Source of the DNA: an uncultured Lachnospiraceae bacterium
Lineage (GTDB): Bacteria > Bacillota > Clostridia > Lachnospirales > Lachnospiraceae
Length of the DNA stretch: 36,796 nucleotides
Direction of reading: 5' to 3'
NCBI GenBank assembly: GCA_902773185.1
Contig: CACYDN010000084.1
Span: 1 to 36,796 of the forward strand
How positions within the stretch are numbered: the first letter of the stretch is position 1; each line of letters begins with the position of its first letter. Shown here one piece after another: positions 36,393 to 36,796 of the stretch. The translations under genes and the position numbers were made by a program. Below the pieces are notes generated by a model, which did no database searches, was not told where the DNA came from, and was given only the letters and a program-made list of their open reading frames with translations.

Positions 36393-36796
36393 CCGACCGC
36401 CTCCGCATAACCCGGCGGCGAACCGTCCTGCAAAGCCCCCTCCTCCCGCACGATCCGGAGGAGTCCCGCCCTTCCGAGCTTTTCCACATTATGAAGGTCC
36501 CGGAATTTCCGAAGCTCTCCCAGAATCCTTCCGTCCTCTTCTCCTGTTTCCTCAAACCGATATAATGTATCCACCCTGATCTCCTCTCCTTCCATTCCGG
36601 AGATTTCGCTGATCTCCAATACCCGTCTGGACCCGTCCCTGAGCCTGCCCAGATGCACCACAATATCCACTGCCGAAGCAATCTGCTGCCGGACAGCCCG
36701 AAGCGGCAGCCCCGATTCCGCCTGAAGCACCATGGTTTCGAGCCGGAAAAGCATATCTCTTACGGAATTGGCATGTCCGGTGGAAAGGCTTCCGTC
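36389..36796 (-). CDS. cpaF: CpaF/TadA pilus assembly ATPase, C-terminal fragment (runs off the window)
   Basis: In-frame DGSLSTGHANS..DML.RLETM, QQIASAVDIVVHL.RLRDGSRRV.EISE. Confidence 0.93.
   Translation of the reverse strand, partial: DGSLSTGHANSVRDMLFRLETMVLQAESGLPLRAVRQQIASAVDIVVHLGRLRDGSRRVLEISEISGMEGEEIRVDTLYRFEETGEEDGRILGELRKFRDLHNVEKLGRAGLLRIVREEGALQDGSPPGYAEAVG

Overview
Chromosomal window, most likely from a Lachnospiraceae-type Clostridia genome (inferred from gene content: ChW repeats, SLH, split purH, Firmicute-type Tad locus). In order it holds: (1) an FtsX-type ABC exporter pair; (2) a 257-bp intergenic foldback element with 18-bp perfect terminal inverted repeats; (3) a ~13.4-kb cyclic-nucleotide signalling island: Cache-HK-REC-Hpt kinase, divergent REC-GGDEF-degenerate GGDEF-REC-HD-GYP protein, Apyc1-like MBL hydrolase and GAF-GGDEF cyclase, converging on a FecR-domain protein / secreted MBG-Ig protein / CHASE2 class III adenylate cyclase operon; (4) acyP, an SLH-anchored transglutaminase-like protein and a second structured intergenic element; (5) a pfoR-like/proC/purO-like/purH operon; (6) cysE and a ChW-M23 peptidase; (7) the 3' part of a Tad pilus operon (cpaF, tadB, Ig-inserted tadC, flp, large pilin-like protein, two TadE-like proteins, EssB-like/FHA protein) followed by a sortase-anchored putative thioester adhesin. 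Best candidate new system: a monoderm surface-sensing cascade that makes cAMP and may feed it into c-di-GMP synthesis. The Tad locus with Zn-finger pseudopilin and pseudokinase-FHA protein is second. All family calls come from reading motifs by eye; no searches were run.
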